Below, in pieces: positions 61,845-64,000 of a DNA stretch of 64,000 nucleotides (the stretch's first letter is position 1; every line of letters begins with the position of its first letter). Made by a program: the position numbers and the translations under genes. The notes beneath the pieces are model-generated. The model ran no database searches. It was not told the DNA's origin and worked only from the letters and a program-made list of their open reading frames with translations. The stretch comes from Lama guanicoe (taxonomy: Eukaryota), in assembly GCA_013239625.1 (NCBI GenBank), contig MU053629.1:957567-1021566 (forward strand), read 5' to 3'.

Positions 61845-63560
61845 TGTATTAGTTATTTATTGCCACTTTAAAGAACACGCATTTATTATCCCATGGTTTC
61901 TGAGGCTTGGGAATTCAGGAATAGCTTGGCTGGGGGGATCTGGCACCAGAGTCTGTAATAAGGATGCAGACAAGATGTTGTAGTCATCTAAAGGCTTCTC
62001 TGGTCTAGAGAAAATGCTTCCAAAATGGCTCATTCACTCTCATTACTGATGGCAGGAATCTGTCCTCTGACTTGTGGTTGGCAAGAGGCATTAGTTTCTT
62101 ACCATGTGGATGTCTCTTTAGGACTGCTTGAATATCTCAATGTCATGATAATTGGATTCCCCCACAACAAACAATGAGAGAGAGAGAGAGAGAGAGAAAT
62201 GAACCAGGCAGAAGTCAAAGTCTTTTTTAACCTAGCCTAAAAAGTCACATTTGCTGTATTCTGTAGATCACATATACCAACCCTTAGATAGTCTTGGAAG
62301 GACTACACAGGGTGTGAATGTGAATATCAGGAGGTGGAGATCATTGGGGGTCATCCTGGAAGTTGGTTACTACAGTATGACCTTTCGTCCCCAATGATTC
62401 ATGTCTTTTCCACATGAAAAATACACTTCCTTCCCCTAAGTTCTCCAGAAAATTCATCTCATCACATCATCAGCTTGGAGCCCAGTATCTGTCATCCAAA
62501 TCAGGTCTAGTGGTGGATGAAGCTCTTTGGGAGTAGTGCCCTAAGTATACCAACTCGAGTACAGTTCCTCTTGATCTTAAACCAAAGTGCTTGAGTGAAC
62601 CAAAGATGTTATTTGCTCCCCACATCCAACCAGACACAGGTTGGCAGCTGCTTGAAAATAGTTCTCAAGGCTTGGGAGTAATTCTTGGCTGTGTTTTCTG
62701 AGCCCTTGGTTCTTCGATCTGAGTCATTCTTTGTTCATGAAAGGCAGCATGTGTTTGCATCTGAGTGGTTTTCTCAGCCTGCTTTCTGCTTGTAAAAGTT
62801 TGGTGGCCCAAAGACCTCTTTTGTATTCTCCGTTCTGTCTAAGTTAACAGTGTTTCTGCTAATATAATTTTTTAAAACATTGTGAATCCCATACAAATCT
62901 CATTGGGGTTCATGCTCGTAAATGAAAGCCATACCCAAAAATCTCTTCAAAATATATCCCTCTCTAACTTAGAATTCTGCTGAGACAACTGGAGAAAACA
63001 CCATCAAGCTTCCATTAAGACCTATTATTTAAATAGTTCTTTAAAGCACCATCTTGGCTTTTTCCTCAGTCTTAAAGGATCTCATAGTCACAGCCTCAAC
63101 TTCATCTTTAGACCATTTTTGTCCTAGAAGTGCCCTAAATTTTATGTTTGCCTTAAAGCCATTTCTTAATTTTGGCATCGTTTGCCATCTGGAGAGTCTG
63201 GGAATTTCCCAAATCATCAATTATTGATTCCTTTTTGTTTAGTAGCCCTTCCTTTAGCTTATTTCTCTCCTGCGTTTTAGTATAAGCAGGAAGAAGAGGC
63301 CAAGAGGCACGTTCAACACTGTCTGGAAATCTCAGCTAGATCACCCAGGTCATAAGGCACATTTTTCTGCTTTCTGTGTTCTTGCCAGCAGCACCATTGC
63401 TAAGCTTTCTGCCACTACAGAACAATAATCTTTCCTCCAATGTCCAAGATTTTCCTTACTCTCTTTTAAGTCCACAATTGCAGCCTCCTCAAAGGCCATT
63501 ATAATTCTAAACAGTTTCTTCAAGACTCCTCTGGCTTTCATTAACACTCTTCAAAAGCTT
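61845..63560 (-). mobile_element. MLT1 LTR (~61845-62375) plus MaLR internal sequence
   Basis: TGTATTAGTTATTTATTGCC...CATTGGGGGTCATCCTGGAAGTTGGTTACTACA; the adjacent internal region includes ORF 63350-63547 (ENLGHWRKDYCSVVAESLA), resembling the MaLR internal ORF. Confidence 0.7.
62176..62197 (+). repeat. (GA)n microsatellite
   Basis: gagagagagagagagagagaga. Confidence 0.85.
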
Positions 63561-63566
63561 TCCAAC

Positions 63567-64000
63567 TTTTTTTTTTAATTGAAGTTTAGTTGATTTACAA
63601 CAGTGTGTTAGTTTCTGGTGTACAGCATAGTGATTCAGTTACACATTTACATGTATATTCTTTTACAAATTTTTTTCCATTATAGGTTATTACAAAATAT
63701 TGAATATAGTTCCCTGTGCTATACAGTAGGACCTTGTTGTTTATCTATTTTATATATAGTAGTTTGTATCTGCTAATCCCAAACTCCTAATCTGTTCCTC
63801 CCCCACCCCTTTTCACCTTTGGTAACCATAATTTTGTTTTCTATATCTGTGAGTTTCTGTTTTGTAATAAGTTCATTTGTATCATTTTTTTAGATTCCAC
63901 GTATAAGTGATATCATATAATATTTGTCATTCTCTCTCTGACTTCACTTAGTATGATAATTTCTAGGTCCACCAATGTTGCTACAAATGACATTATTTCA
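63567..64000 (-). mobile_element. L1 3' end (runs off the window)
   Basis: Poly(T) then reverse complement of the same L1 3' UTR seen at 9761-10124. Confidence 0.88.

Noticed and set aside
61800..64000. Possible RPS27L 3' end downstream of LACTB
   Set aside because: The region is MaLR and L1 sequence; no RPS27L coding exon is visible

Overview
This is mammalian genomic DNA, most likely camelid (alpaca or camel), judged from seven copies of a tRNA-Ala-derived SINE resembling the camelid Vic-1 family and from the L1 3' ends. It holds one complete protein-coding gene: LACTB (mitochondrial serine beta-lactamase-like protease), + strand, 6 coding exons at 47539-47907, 48343-48409, 49904-50094, 50384-50735, 51963-52128 and 60954-61485. 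The CDS is 1677 nt (558 aa), all introns are GT-AG, the SISK, YST and HTG motifs are intact, and the gene starts in a CpG island. The first ~47 kb is intergenic (in human this is the TPM1-LACTB interval; no TPM1 exon is visible) and is dominated by L1, L2/MIR, L3, LTR and hAT fossils. Almost all other ORFs in the track are spurious. I found no evidence of a new multi-gene system. The best oddities are: (1) three tail-less insertions flanked by target-site duplications (TSDs): a U6 5' fragment, a pre-tRNA-Gly(TCC) 5' half and an internal L1 segment; (2) a young SINE that adds a cluster of AATAAA signals just after the LACTB exon 5 donor, whose read-through stop gives a truncated isoform; (3) a Gly-to-Ser change next to the LACTB HTG catalytic motif. 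Repeat family names and human comparisons are recalled from memory, not from a search.
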